A stretch of DNA of 64,000 nt, taken from the NCBI GenBank assembly GCA_963715195.1, contig CAVQRT010000003.1:96001-160000 (forward strand). The letters run 5' to 3'. Numbering within the stretch: position 1 is the first letter of the stretch; each line of letters begins with the position of its first letter. A model generated the notes under the pieces. It did no database searches, was not told where the DNA came from, and saw nothing but the letters and a program-made list of their open reading frames with translations. Origin of the DNA: Thermodesulfovibrionales bacterium. Its GTDB lineage: Bacteria > Nitrospirota > Thermodesulfovibrionia > Thermodesulfovibrionales > SM23-35. A program made the position numbers and the translations under genes. Below, piece by piece: positions 1 to 10,296 of the stretch.

Positions 1-761
1 CCGTGCACTATTGGTATTGCAACTTTGTCACAGACAAGTCTGTCGAGTTTTTCATCTTCAAGCCGGTGAGGGGAATATGCGCCCATCCCGCCGGTATTCA
101 AACCCTCATCATTGTCATACGCCCTTTTATAATCCTGCGCTACAGGCATCGGGACAAGAGCGTCACCGTCAGTAAATGCAAAAAATGATATTTCTGTCCC
201 GAAGAGTCTCTTTTCTATGACAACTTTTTGTCCTGCTTCGCCAAAGACTTTTTGGACCATGAGCTGATCAACGGCCAGGCACGCCTCCTTCGCATCTGAA
301 CAGACGATAGAGCCTTTTCCCTGGGCTAATCCGTCGGCCTTCACAACGACAGGATATTTCACACACTCTATATAATCCTTCGCTTTCCGGTAATCAACAA
401 AAACTTCGAATTCCGGCACCGGGACACCGATTTCACGGCATAACAGTTTTGTGTATGCCTTGCTCCCTTCAAGGACACTTGCCCGCTTATACGGACCAAC
501 AATCGGAATTTTCTCGGATGAGATCAGATCAACGATCCCGTTCGTTAAAGGACTTTCAGGACCAATGAAAACAAGATCGACCTGCTCTCTCCTGGCAAGC
601 TCCAGAATCTCCTCATTCGTCCGTGCATTTTCACACCTGATTTCACGGGCTATTCCGGCATTCCCGGGTGTACAGATAACTTCCTGAACATGGGGATCAT
701 TCCTGAATTGCCATGCTATGGCATGGCCGCGGCCTCCGCTGTCAACAACCAGAACTTTCAT
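1..761 (-). CDS. purD: Phosphoribosylamine--glycine ligase, N-terminal part (runs off window)
   Basis: Manual minus-strand translation from ATG at 761: [17 protein letters not shown]...PGNAG...FIGPESPL...LEGSKAYTK...[12 protein letters not shown]...[23 protein letters not shown]. Missing from the ORF track because no stop lies in the window. Confidence 0.93.
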   Translation of the reverse strand, partial: MKVLVVDSGGRGHAIAWQFRNDPHVQEVICTPGNAGIAREIRCENARTNEEILELARREQVDLVFIGPESPLTNGIVDLISSEKIPIVGPYKRASVLEGSKAYTKLLCREIGVPVPEFEVFVDYRKAKDYIECVKYPVVVKADGLAQGKGSIVCSDAKEACLAVDQLMVQKVFGEAGQKVVIEKRLFGTEISFFAFTDGDALVPMPVAQDYKRAYDNDEGLNTGGMGAYSPHRLEDEKLDRLVCDKVAIPIVH

Positions 762-1661
762 TTATATATTCAATCCTTTCTGAGCATTATCGAATAGGGA
801 AATTATCACATGAGCATCACGCTTCCCTAATGTACCCTTTTCTTGAGCTATTGCAACGGTATATCTTCCCAATTCCGAGTAGAGGCGGATCATCTCCTTC
901 TGTCTTTTTGCAATGGCCTTTAAATGACCTTCCACAATGCCGGCATCACCCCTTGAAATAGGTCCTGTAAGTGCTGCAGGAATACCCAGTAATTCGACAT
1001 TCCTTACGGTACCTTTTATTAACGGCATAAGCGCCTTGAGAGAATCTTCCTTTCTAATGCCAGCAGCATGAAAAAGAGCGAGTCCAAAACCGATGGTCGC
1101 CACGAGAAAATTCGATGCTACCGATGCACCTGCGTGGTAAAGTGATTTTTTCTTCGGCTGAAGTGTAATTTTTTTTCCTTTCAGATCGGAAATAATATGT
1201 TGTGCAACTGAAAGTGCATTTTCATTTCCTTCAATAGAAAAATACGAACCCTGCAGGTTCTTGACCGCTTCTTTTACGTTAGCAAAGCTCTGAAGCGGGT
1301 GAAGGGAAGCTGTGTATGCGCCTTTCCTTTTTGCTGATTTGAGTATATCCGATGACAATGCACCGCACGTATGGAAGATAATAGTACCCGGTTTAAATCC
1401 TCCTCCATCTGCAATCTTTTCGCAGGTTCCTTTGATGGCGTCATCAGAAGTCGTAATAAAAACGATATCCGCTTCACGGGCGGTTTTGATAAGATCTGCC
1501 GAGGCAGTGCCTTCCCCGATAATCTTTTTGGCCTTTTGAGCTGATTGCAATGTCCTGCTCGCTATCCCTGCAATCCGCCAGCCGGTCTTCCTGAGAAGAT
1601 ACCCGAAAGAAGTCCCGACAACCCCTGCTCCTATGATTGCAATCCTGCGGTTCCTCTCCAT
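762..1661 (-). CDS. Rossmann-like + DUF2520 domain oxidoreductase (PanG-like)
   Basis: IIGAGVVG nucleotide-binding motif, HTCGA, SLHPLQSF, YHAGASVASNF, ALTGPISRGD. Start moved to the ATG at 1661, which follows a GGGGAG RBS. Confidence 0.85.
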   Translation of the reverse strand: MERNRRIAIIGAGVVGTSFGYLLRKTGWRIAGIASRTLQSAQKAKKIIGEGTASADLIKTAREADIVFITTSDDAIKGTCEKIADGGGFKPGTIIFHTCGALSSDILKSAKRKGAYTASLHPLQSFANVKEAVKNLQGSYFSIEGNENALSVAQHIISDLKGKKITLQPKKKSLYHAGASVASNFLVATIGFGLALFHAAGIRKEDSLKALMPLIKGTVRNVELLGIPAALTGPISRGDAGIVEGHLKAIAKRQKEMIRLYSELGRYTVAIAQEKGTLGKRDAHVIISLFDNAQKGLNI

Positions 1662-1738
1662 GTAAAAACTCCCCCTGACATGCAGACTGTAAGACACTTT
1701 GCGGTGTGGTTGTTCTGTAAGCTAATAATGAAAGAGTT

Positions 1739-2413
1739 TCAGGAAACCTTTTCGCTTTCTTCTTCTTTTATCGCATATCTGCCTGGTCTCTGCTTTTTAG
1801 ACCAGTCCTTTGCACCGATTTCCTTTTTCAGTTCATTCAGCTTCCCCAGCTCTTTCATCCGTTCATAAATCCTGACCCATGCGCAGGGGACATCAGGACT
1901 TACTTCACACTTTCCCTTCTTGTTGCCGCCGCAGGGACCATTCAGAATGCCCTTTGGACATGATGTCACAGGGCATATTCCTCCGGTCATCCCGAGAACA
2001 CAATCTCCACAGGCAGCACAAATCTCAACCCATTTCCCCTGACCATCAGAGAGTCCGATGAACCGTGTATTCATTGCCGGTAAGACTACAACCTTCTTCA
2101 TCCACTCTGAAATACCCTGGACTCCCGCTCCACATGCCATCGAAAGCACGGCATCATACTGAGCAAATTCATCCTGTATCTGATGAATGAATTCCGGATC
2201 GCATTGACGGAGTATCGTCTTTTCACCGACGGTAATGTCACTTCCCTCTACGTTCCTTGCCATCCTGAGCGCAGAAGCCAACAGTTCCACTTGTCTTTCA
2301 CCCCCGCTCATGCAAACTGTTACGCAACTACCGCATCCCAGGACCAGTACCTTTTTATAGTCGATAACCATATCTCTGATCTCTTCAAATGGCTTGAGCT
2401 CTGCGACAATCAT
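1739..2413 (-). CDS. metV: Methylene-THF reductase small (Zn/FeS) subunit, MetV / MTHFR_C family
   Basis: GCGSCVTVC, RQCDPEF, MACGAGVQ, CAACGDCVL...GGICPVTSCPKGILNGPCGG...CEV...CAW; next to folD. Confidence 0.85.
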   Translation of the reverse strand: MIVAELKPFEEIRDMVIDYKKVLVLGCGSCVTVCMSGGERQVELLASALRMARNVEGSDITVGEKTILRQCDPEFIHQIQDEFAQYDAVLSMACGAGVQGISEWMKKVVVLPAMNTRFIGLSDGQGKWVEICAACGDCVLGMTGGICPVTSCPKGILNGPCGGNKKGKCEVSPDVPCAWVRIYERMKELGKLNELKKEIGAKDWSKKQRPGRYAIKEEESEKVS

Positions 2414-4431
2414 TCATCCACCTTCTTTCCTTTCCGCAATGGATTTATTCCCATGGTTTCAAGTCTCTCCCTGAAACCTGCAAAATCTTCTTCATGAGAA
2501 ATAACAGAGAGCCGGTCTTCACCCATCCCCGTTTCCTTCAGTATCCTTCTCGCTCTCTTCACATGCTCAGTCACCCAGTAGCTGCCTTTCCTGAAACGGC
2601 AGGCATCATCCGGGCACAGAGAGACGATCACACCGTCAGCACCAACCTCAAAAGGATAGATAATCTCTGACTCTTTCATCCGTCCCGTGCAGCCCCGCGC
2701 TATCCAGTATATCGCATCATCGTCAACAGGCGGGCCAAGGGGATCGTGATATCTGCAGTAATATCCGATAACCGCTATTTCAGGAATCTCCTCCCGCGCT
2801 CTATTCACAACACGCTCCACTTCCTGTCGAAAGTCATCGCGTCCGTCGTCTTTCAAATGGATCGCCGATGCGGGGCACTCTGCTGCACAGATACCGCATG
2901 CCTGACACTGGCTGATATCGATTTCTGCAATCTCCTTACCCGGCACGGGTATCTCGAATGGACAGATTCTCAGACAGTTAAGACAGGCTGCACAATTCGA
3001 ATCGACCGATGCCCCAGCCCCGCAATTCAGACATCTGAGAGCTTCTCTGCAAGCCTGATCACGATTATATCCAATATCCACCTCATCGAAGGTGCTTTTT
3101 CTTTGTTCAACAGGTAAAGCAGGCGCCTTTTGTCGCTCTGTTTTATGAATCATCTGAACAATCTGGTCATCCAATGATCGAAGCGAAACACGGTTATCAA
3201 CCAATTTGTCTTCGATACCGCGAAGGTAGAGATGCATTGCCCCTGATACTCTCCTTCCCGAGGCCATGGCCTCGATGACGCTCATCGGACCGGTTACAAC
3301 ATCGCCCGCAGCAAAAACGCCTTTCCTATCAGTAACGCCGGTATCATCGTTAACAATGATAGTTCCTTTCCTGTTCACCTTCAGCCCATCTTGTTTGAGA
3401 TGCTCGACATCAGGAATATATCCGATGGCCAGGATTACCGCGTCGGTCTCCAAATCAAATTCGGAATCTTTGATCGGGACAGGACGTCTTCTTCCAGATG
3501 AGTCCTGATCGCCAAGATCCATCTTGATAAACCTGCCACGCTGAACTGTACTTTGACCGGCAAACTCAAGCGGGGCAGCACGGTAAATAAATTTTATTCC
3601 TTCCATCTCAGCCTGCTCCACCTCTTCCCGTCCGGCCGGCATTTCTTCGATGGTACGCCGATAGACCACCGTAACATCAGGACACCCGAGACGGATACAG
3701 GTCCGTGCAGCGTCGAGCGCGGTATGCCCTCCTCCAATGACCAGGACTTTCTGACCCGGAGATGATGAATAACCTCTATCGATGAGCTTGAGAAATTCAA
3801 CACCTGACCAAATCCCGGGCAGGTCATCCCCCTTACATTTTGGATACAGACTTTTCTGGCTTCCAACCGCGATAAAGACAGCCTGATAATCCTTCAAGAG
3901 CCCTTCGATGGTAAAGTCTTTGCCCAGGGAAACGCCCGTCCTGACTTCTATCCCCAGAGAAAGAATACCGTCAATATCCTTTTGAACCGCCTCCTTGGGA
4001 AGCCTGTACTTCGGTATTCCCTCACTCAGCAGTCCGCCCAGGACTGGCTGAGCCTCGAAGATTGTTACCGCATAGCCGAGCAGCGCAAGATCGTGGGCTG
4101 CCACAAGACCGGTTGGCCCGCTTCCGATTATCGCAATCTTTTCATTGTATGAATTCAGTGGTTTTCCGGCGGAAATAAGATGATTCGCGTGATCCGACGC
4201 ATAGCGCTTCAAGGCCCTGATTGCAACAGGTGCATCCACCTGTGCCCTTCTGCATGCCGTCTCACAGAGCCTCGTACATATTCTCCCGCAGACTGACGGA
4301 AGCGGATTTACCCGTCGTATAATCCGGATCGCCTCATCCGCATCGCCCCGGGCAAGTGCAGATACATAGCCCCGCACATCGGTATTGATCGGGCACGCGG
4401 CCTGGCAGGGAGGGACGATGACCGTAGTCAT
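2410..4431 (-). CDS. GltD-like FAD/NAD(P)H oxidoreductase fused to a 2x[4Fe-4S] ferredoxin and an MvhD-like [2Fe-2S] domain
   Basis: PPCQAACP...CGRICTRLCETACRR; IIGSGPTG; VIGGG..ALDAAR; VYRR; FAAGDVVTGP; CAACLNCLRICP and CQACGICAAECP; C-terminal YYC...GCTGR...GADGV..SLCPDDACRF. Confidence 0.85.
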   Translation of the reverse strand: MTTVIVPPCQAACPINTDVRGYVSALARGDADEAIRIIRRVNPLPSVCGRICTRLCETACRRAQVDAPVAIRALKRYASDHANHLISAGKPLNSYNEKIAIIGSGPTGLVAAHDLALLGYAVTIFEAQPVLGGLLSEGIPKYRLPKEAVQKDIDGILSLGIEVRTGVSLGKDFTIEGLLKDYQAVFIAVGSQKSLYPKCKGDDLPGIWSGVEFLKLIDRGYSSSPGQKVLVIGGGHTALDAARTCIRLGCPDVTVVYRRTIEEMPAGREEVEQAEMEGIKFIYRAAPLEFAGQSTVQRGRFIKMDLGDQDSSGRRRPVPIKDSEFDLETDAVILAIGYIPDVEHLKQDGLKVNRKGTIIVNDDTGVTDRKGVFAAGDVVTGPMSVIEAMASGRRVSGAMHLYLRGIEDKLVDNRVSLRSLDDQIVQMIHKTERQKAPALPVEQRKSTFDEVDIGYNRDQACREALRCLNCGAGASVDSNCAACLNCLRICPFEIPVPGKEIAEIDISQCQACGICAAECPASAIHLKDDGRDDFRQEVERVVNRAREEIPEIAVIGYYCRYHDPLGPPVDDDAIYWIARGCTGRMKESEIIYPFEVGADGVIVSLCPDDACRFRKGSYWVTEHVKRARRILKETGMGEDRLSVISHEEDFAGFRERLETMGINPLRKGKKVDE

Positions 4432-4432
4432 G

Positions 4433-5305
4433 TCACCCGGTTAAGCCTGCATGCATCTTGGCAGATCTGACGGTATTTTTCATCAGCATAACGATCGTCA
4501 TCGGACCGACGCCCCCCGGTACAGGAGTGATTGCCTTCGCCTTTTCCTTCACCCCGTCGAAGTCAACATCACCGACTAATCCCGTCTCAAGGCGGTTAAC
4601 CCCGACATCGATAACGACAACACCTTCCTTCACCATATCGGCGGTTATTGTCTTTGGCCTGCCTGCTGCCACAATGAGGATATCCGCCCTTTTGGTGTGG
4701 AACAGTAAATCCCTCGTACCGGTGTGGCATATTGTAACAGTAGCGTTTGCACCTTTCCTGTTCTTCTGAATCAGCATGTTCGCAATCGGCTTGCCGACAA
4801 TATTGCTCCTGCCGACAACAACGACTTCTGCCCCGTCCGTCTCGATGCCGGTCCTGAGGAGCAATTCCTGTATGCCGTGTGGAGTGCATGGAAGAAAATC
4901 CGGTACGCCGAGCATAAGCTTTCCAACATTCACCGGATGAAATGCATCAACATCTTTTTGGGGGTCGATAGCATAAAGAACCTTTGTCTCATTGATATGT
5001 CTCGGAAGAGGAAGTTGCACCAGGATACCGTGGATTTTTTCATTCTTGTTTAACTTATCTATCAGGACCAGCAAATCGTTTTCGGTTGTATCTGGAGACA
5101 GGTCAATTCGTTCGGAATAAATCCCGAGCTCCTTGCAGGCCTTTTCCTTGGCCCCGACGTACACTTTTGATGCTTCATCTTCGCCAACGAGAACCGTAGC
5201 AAGTCCAGGAACTAATTTATTATTTATCAGTAAGTTATTTATCTCTTCTTTAAGTTCCTGTTTAATTTGTTTTGCAATTTCAGAACCTTTGATCAAAATA
5301 GCCAT
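4433..5305 (-). CDS. folD: Bifunctional methylene-THF dehydrogenase/cyclohydrolase
   Basis: PGLATVLVG, GILVQLPLP, KDVDAFHP, PCTPHG, VVGRSNIVGKP, ITPVPGGVGPMT. Confidence 0.97.
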   Translation of the reverse strand: MAILIKGSEIAKQIKQELKEEINNLLINNKLVPGLATVLVGEDEASKVYVGAKEKACKELGIYSERIDLSPDTTENDLLVLIDKLNKNEKIHGILVQLPLPRHINETKVLYAIDPQKDVDAFHPVNVGKLMLGVPDFLPCTPHGIQELLLRTGIETDGAEVVVVGRSNIVGKPIANMLIQKNRKGANATVTICHTGTRDLLFHTKRADILIVAAGRPKTITADMVKEGVVVIDVGVNRLETGLVGDVDFDGVKEKAKAITPVPGGVGPMTIVMLMKNTVRSAKMHAGLTG

Positions 5306-5535
5306 ATCTGCTCCTTTCGGAATGGACTGCCATTAATAAATAGCGTAAAACAGAGCTCACGTCTGTCATTCTGGCTTGTCCAGAATCGCTCTTTATTTTT
5401 TAAAAAAAGTCCTGAAAGACAAGATCAAAAACTGCTCAAGAAACCTATAAAATACAATACTCTCTCAAATAAAGATCGTGCAATTTAATAGTAAGTAATA
5501 CTTTAATATTTTATATATAACTTATTATTAAAAAA

Positions 5536-6093
5536 CTATTTTTTTATAAGATCGAGCAACTCGTCTCGCGTTGACTGTTTCGTTCTGAATATTCCGCGGA
5601 CAGCCGAAGTAACCGTTCGTGTGCCCGGTTTTTTCATACCCCTCATGCTGATGCAAAGGTGTTCCGCGTCAATAATGACCATAGCTCCTTTCGGTTTGAG
5701 TCTGACCATGATCATATCAGCAAGCTGAGTTGTCAGCCGTTCCTGAACCTGCAGTCTTTTCGCAAGAACGTCAACCGCTTTTACTAACTCGCTGAGGCCG
5801 ACAATCTTGCCGGCTGACGGGATGTAGGCAACATGGGCTTTTCCTATGAAAGGGATCAGATGATGTTCACAGACGGAATAGAAAGGGATATCCTTGAGCA
5901 AGACCATTTCATCGTGGCTTTCTCCTTCGATTGATTTCAGCAGCTCCTCGGTGGGCGTCTCAATCCCTGAAAATATCTCCTGGTACATGCGGGCAACCCT
6001 CTCAGGGGTCTCCCTTATTCCCGGCCTTTCAGGATTTTCCCCAATCCCTTCGAGAATCAGCCGCACGCCTTTCTCGATTTTCTTCACATTCAT
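5536..6093 (-). CDS. folE: GTP cyclohydrolase I
   Basis: [44 protein letters not shown]. Confidence 0.96.
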   Translation of the reverse strand: MNVKKIEKGVRLILEGIGENPERPGIRETPERVARMYQEIFSGIETPTEELLKSIEGESHDEMVLLKDIPFYSVCEHHLIPFIGKAHVAYIPSAGKIVGLSELVKAVDVLAKRLQVQERLTTQLADMIMVRLKPKGAMVIIDAEHLCISMRGMKKPGTRTVTSAVRGIFRTKQSTRDELLDLIKK

Positions 6094-6246
6094 AGTCTTA
6101 AACGGATTGTATCACGCGGTATTCTTGTCTGTCAAAAAAGACAGGGGATTTCGCCCTGGTCACCTCAGCGCCCCGCCGAAGCAAGCGAATCCGCCCGGTG
6201 CGGAAAGGATTTGGGAATACATGGATTCAAGTGCTACAGATTCGCC

Positions 6247-6813
6247 TCACAAAATGCGTATCACTCTTTTATCCGTCACGATGATGGTAACCCTTATATC
6301 ATGCTCTTCTGAAGGAATTGCATCAACAAGCTGTTCTTCGTATGCGAATGCAACGACGGGCATCTTCTTTGCACTCGTTGACAGAAGAATATCATAATAG
6401 CCTGCACCGTATCCGAGGCGGTTGCCCATCAAGTCGAAGGCTGCACCGGGGACAACCGTGAGATCAGCCTCGTCAATGACTGAACGTCGCACATCCGGCA
6501 GGTGCGGTTCCGGAATGCCCTTGTAACCGGGAGACAGTTCTTTTACGCTTTTAATCTCATACAGGGCGAGAAGAGATTTTTTTGCATCCACTTTTGGAAG
6601 GAGGACCCTTTTCTCCATTGAGAGTGATTCCCGGATCAGACTCAATGTCTCGACTTCAGACCGGAACGATGCATAGAGAAGTACTGTTTTCGCTGAAAGA
6701 AATTCCGGGAGGGAAAACAGCCTCTCCCTGATATTCAGGTCTTTTTTTTCCCTTATATCTAAAGGTATCTTATCCCTGATTGCAAGGACTCTATTTCGAA
6801 TGTCTTTTTTCAC
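6247..6813 (-). CDS. 5-formyltetrahydrofolate cyclo-ligase
   Basis: YASFRSEV, GIPEP, VVPGAAFD..GNRLGYGAGYYD, EEHD. Confidence 0.93.
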   Translation of the reverse strand: MKKDIRNRVLAIRDKIPLDIREKKDLNIRERLFSLPEFLSAKTVLLYASFRSEVETLSLIRESLSMEKRVLLPKVDAKKSLLALYEIKSVKELSPGYKGIPEPHLPDVRRSVIDEADLTVVPGAAFDLMGNRLGYGAGYYDILLSTSAKKMPVVAFAYEEQLVDAIPSEEHDIRVTIIVTDKRVIRIL

Positions 6814-6850
6814 CTGACCCCTGGGCCCCTCGAATCCTCGGATCCTTCCC

Positions 6851-7874
6851 TCAGCTTTTCCCCGCTATCAGTACAATTGCATAGATTAGATACAATCCTC
6901 CGCCGAAGAGCATGGTGAAGGGTGAGATGCGTTTCCTCACCATCAGCTCGAGCAGCACTATGCATGTTGAAAAAAGCGCGATGAAGGCAGAGAAAAATGC
7001 CATGCCGGTCAGCTTCCACTCGGTAAACACTAATCCGATTGAAACCGGGAAAGTAGACTGAAAAACCATCGCACCTGTTATGTTGCCGATTGCCAAAGTA
7101 TCGCGTCCTTTCCACGTCCATGTTACGCTGTTAAATTTCTCCGGTAGTTCCGTGGCGATGGGTGCAAGGATAAGGGCAAAAAGGAGGGGGTTCATGCCGA
7201 ACCGCACCGAAACATGCTCGAGACTTTCCACAAATGTATGAGCCCCGGTTATCATCACCCCCAGGGCCCCAAGAATTTGAAACAGGATGAGTACAACATG
7301 CGGCTTCTCCGACTGTGAGAGTCCTGTCTTCCTGTACAACCTCCACAGATACATATCTTCAGAATGCTCAATTTCTGCACTTTCGCCCCTGAACGTCCGG
7401 TATGCATACATGACGTACCCGATAATGAGCAAAACAGCAATGAAGGGAGACAGTGACCTCCCCGCGACTGCCGGCAAAATGATCGCCGTCGAATACATGG
7501 CTAAAAAAAACAGGATATCCCGTTTCGTTGAATGGGCTTCCACATTGATCTCGAATTTCCTCCGTTTTCGTGCATAGGAGATCAGGACCGTAAGACCAAT
7601 CAGGAAAAAAGCGAGCGTGGACAGCATGAAGGGCGCACCAAGAATCGCGCCGACCCCAATATCATGCGCAGACGAACCGCTGTAGAAGAATATCGCCACG
7701 ATGGGGAGCAGCGTCTCGGGGAGGGCAGTCCCTACGGCAGCCAGGAGACTCCCCACAACCGCCTGCGAGAGATTGAATCTTCTTCCGAACGTTTCGACGC
7801 CGTTCGTAAACGTCTCGGCAGCGAAACAGGATCAGCAGCAGGCCGAGGAGGAGAAAGAATAACTCATAAACCAT
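6851..7874 (-). CDS. Calcium/sodium antiporter (CaCA, YrbG-like), one frameshift near 7820
   Basis: Alpha repeats AAVGTALPE and APIATELPE, GAILGAP, AIGNITG. The hydrophobic N-terminus MVYELFFLLLGLLLILF lies in the 7662..7874 frame and joins AAETFTNGVE in another frame. Confidence 0.8.
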
Positions 7875-8725
7875 CAGTGTATGACAAAAACAGGACAGGG
7901 GGCAGATTTCAAAACCGCATCGGTGACGCTGCCGATAAGCATGCCCTTGATGAATCCAAGGCCACGGGCTCCCATAACAATCAGGTCAATATCCTCTTCT
8001 TTTGCGAACGAGACGATTCGTTTATACGGCTCGCCCTGTTCCATAATACCCCGGGAATCAAAAGATGATGCGGTGAGAACATCCTCCAGTCTGCTTTTTT
8101 CCCGCTCGTATATCTTTCTCATAGCCTCTTTTTTGGCACCACGAACCTTTATTTTTTTCATGGCAGATTCCTGAAGAACATGCATGACCTCAATCTCCGA
8201 TGAAAATGTCCGTGCCAGTTCCCGGGAAATCCCGAGCGCCTGTTTTGAGGAATCCGAAAAATCCACCGGACAGAGAATTCTCCTGATGGAGATATTTCCG
8301 GCAGAGGCGGTCTCCGATTTCTTTCCCCTGACGACGAGCATGGGCATCTGCAAACCCTTGATCAACTTCTCGGAGCTGCTCCTCCGGAATCCGTGAGACG
8401 CAAATCCGAGAACAAGCAGGTCGGCTCCGGTCTTCTGTAGCGCAGTTTCGAATGACGCCTGAAGCCTCCCGACAAGAACCGTTGAATTCACCCCTATGCC
8501 TGAACCAGCCAATTCCCGCTGTATTGTCGCGAGCTTCTCTTCCGCTGAACTTTTTTCCTTTTCTATATACTGGTCAAGATATGCAGGGGGCGTTACGAGA
8601 TAATCGATAACATGGAGAAGATGAAGGGATGCCTGGAAATTTTGCGCAAACAGCGAAGCATATGCAAGGATGCGCCCTGTTTGTTTTTCAAAGTCAATTC
8701 CCGCAAGAATGTGCTGAATTTTCAT
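7874..8725 (-). CDS. Tandem universal stress protein
   Basis: Two USP domains: ILAGIDF...LHLLHV...ADLLVLG and ILCPVDFS...IDLIVMGARG...LIGSVTDAVLKSAPCPVFVI. Confidence 0.92.
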   Translation of the reverse strand: MKIQHILAGIDFEKQTGRILAYASLFAQNFQASLHLLHVIDYLVTPPAYLDQYIEKEKSSAEEKLATIQRELAGSGIGVNSTVLVGRLQASFETALQKTGADLLVLGFASHGFRRSSSEKLIKGLQMPMLVVRGKKSETASAGNISIRRILCPVDFSDSSKQALGISRELARTFSSEIEVMHVLQESAMKKIKVRGAKKEAMRKIYEREKSRLEDVLTASSFDSRGIMEQGEPYKRIVSFAKEEDIDLIVMGARGLGFIKGMLIGSVTDAVLKSAPCPVFVIH

Positions 8726-9507
8726 TATAAGGTATTCAGGCTCATCTCGATTTTCTTCTTGATCTCCCTGACTTCATTGACAGTGTCCCCGGAGTAACTG
8801 CACGGAGCAGCTCCTTTCATATCGGCTTCCATGATGGCATGGCTGTATGCGATTGAACCTATGAGATAGTGCTTTCCGATTTGACTTTCAATAAATTCGA
8901 TATCCCCTTTCCCTCTCACCTTGTTTGCAACAACAAAAACTTTGTTCACACCAAGATTACGGGCCATAGCAAAGACGGTCTTTGCTGTCTGGATGCTCCT
9001 CTGTCCGGGCTCAACGACAACAATGAAAGCGTCAACCGACTCTGCTGTGCCCCTGGTGAGATGCTCAATACCGGCTTCCATGTCAACGATGACTACCTCG
9101 CTTCGTTTCACGATGAGATGTCTCAGCAAACTTCTTAAAAGCACGTTCTCCGGACAATAACAACCTGAGGCCGCATCCTTTACTTTGCCCATGGTAAGCA
9201 AGAGAATCCGGTTCATTCGATAACCGACACCTTCAGGAAGATCGTCAACCTTTGGATTCAACGTAAATGTTCCGCCCATGCTCCCCTTTTTTGCTCCTGT
9301 CCGCGCCTGGATGAGCTCTGCCATTGCTGTAATCGGTTGTATCTTTTCTGCTTCTTCATTCGGGATACCAAGAGCCGAGGCTAAATTCGCATCAGGATCT
9401 GCATCCACTGCTATGACACTCTTGCCCTCCTCCGCATAGAGGTGAGCCAGAATAGACGCAAGAGTGGTCTTGCCTACGCCGCCTTTACCTGTAATTGCGA
9501 TTTTCAT
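8725..9507 (-). CDS. cooC: CO dehydrogenase/ACS nickel-insertion ATPase (CooC/AcsF)
   Basis: MKIAITGKGGVGKTT, DADPDANL, GCYCPEN, DMEAGIEHL.RGT. Confidence 0.92.
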   Translation of the reverse strand: MKIAITGKGGVGKTTLASILAHLYAEEGKSVIAVDADPDANLASALGIPNEEAEKIQPITAMAELIQARTGAKKGSMGGTFTLNPKVDDLPEGVGYRMNRILLLTMGKVKDAASGCYCPENVLLRSLLRHLIVKRSEVVIVDMEAGIEHLTRGTAESVDAFIVVVEPGQRSIQTAKTVFAMARNLGVNKVFVVANKVRGKGDIEFIESQIGKHYLIGSIAYSHAIMEADMKGAAPCSYSGDTVNEVREIKKKIEMSLNTL

Positions 9508-9516
9508 AATAGTAAA

Positions 9517-9608
9517 AAGGGGTCAAGGATCCAAGGGGACAAGGATTCAAGTGGTTGGTTTTTTTGTATCACACTCGGACCCTTGAATCCTGGACTCCTC
9601 GAACCCTT
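9517..9608. repeat. Palindromic element made of inverted arrays of ~8-nt units (GGATTCAA/GGGTCAA type). Related copies or halves at 6813-6850, 14606-14637, 17043-17079 and 60315-60411
   Basis: aaggggtcaaggatccaaggggacaaggattcaagtg...cactcggacccttgaatcctggactcctcgaaccctt read directly. Confidence 0.75.
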
Positions 9609-9610
9609 TC

Positions 9611-10201
9611 TTATCCTAATACTCTTTTTGTCGATGGAATGCCTTTCACCCGCGGGTCAATAGTCACAGCCTGACGCAAAGCCCTTCCTAATGCCTTGAA
9701 TACCGCTTCAATGATGTGGTGCGTATTTCTCCCATACTGGGTTGATACGTGGAGCGTTATCCCGCTGTTGCTCACAAATGCCTGGAGAAAATCCTCAATG
9801 AGATCAGGATCAAAATTCCTCAGTTTGCCTCTCTTCGGGAATTCCACGCGATAGACAAGATAGGGCCTTCCGCTGATATCAAGACTGACAGATGCAAGCG
9901 ATTCGTCCATGGGGACGGATGCCTGACCGTACCGCGATATCCCCTTCATGTCTCTAAGCGCCTGTTTCACTGCCTTGCCCAGTACGATCCCCAGATCCTC
10001 TACGGTGTGATGGTAATCGATTTCGATATCCCCCTTTGCCTGTATCTTCATATCGATCAGTCCGTGCTTGCTCATCAACGAAAGCATATGGTCAAGAAAG
10101 GGGATGGTTGTATTTATTGCATAGGTACCTTTTCCATCGAGATCAATCGAAACCGAAATGTTGGTCTCCTTCGTTTTTCTTTCAATCTTCGCTGTTCTCA
10201 T
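9611..10201 (-). CDS. hisB: Imidazoleglycerol-phosphate dehydratase
   Basis: RKTKET, FLDHML, HHTVED, PMDESL, NTHHIIEAVFKA. Confidence 0.97.
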   Translation of the reverse strand: MRTAKIERKTKETNISVSIDLDGKGTYAINTTIPFLDHMLSLMSKHGLIDMKIQAKGDIEIDYHHTVEDLGIVLGKAVKQALRDMKGISRYGQASVPMDESLASVSLDISGRPYLVYRVEFPKRGKLRNFDPDLIEDFLQAFVSNSGITLHVSTQYGRNTHHIIEAVFKALGRALRQAVTIDPRVKGIPSTKRVLG

Positions 10202-10234
10202 ATAATCCTCAGTTATATTTTATAATTTCAATAC

Positions 10235-10265
10235 TCGAGATTCTTCGCTTCGCTCAGAATGACAG
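10235..10265. repeat. REP-like unit; exact reverse complement of 14677-14707
   Basis: tcgagattcttcgcttcgctcagaatgacag versus ctgtcattctgagcgaagcgaagaatctcga. Confidence 0.85.
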
Positions 10266-10296
10266 CACGTCCTCTATTTTGTCATCTCTGAAGGAG

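Noticed and set aside
6100..6246. 6S RNA or tRNA next to the 5-formyl-THF cyclo-ligase gene
   Set aside because: 6S RNA normally lies upstream of that gene, whereas this segment is downstream and short; no cloverleaf or T-loop motif is visible.
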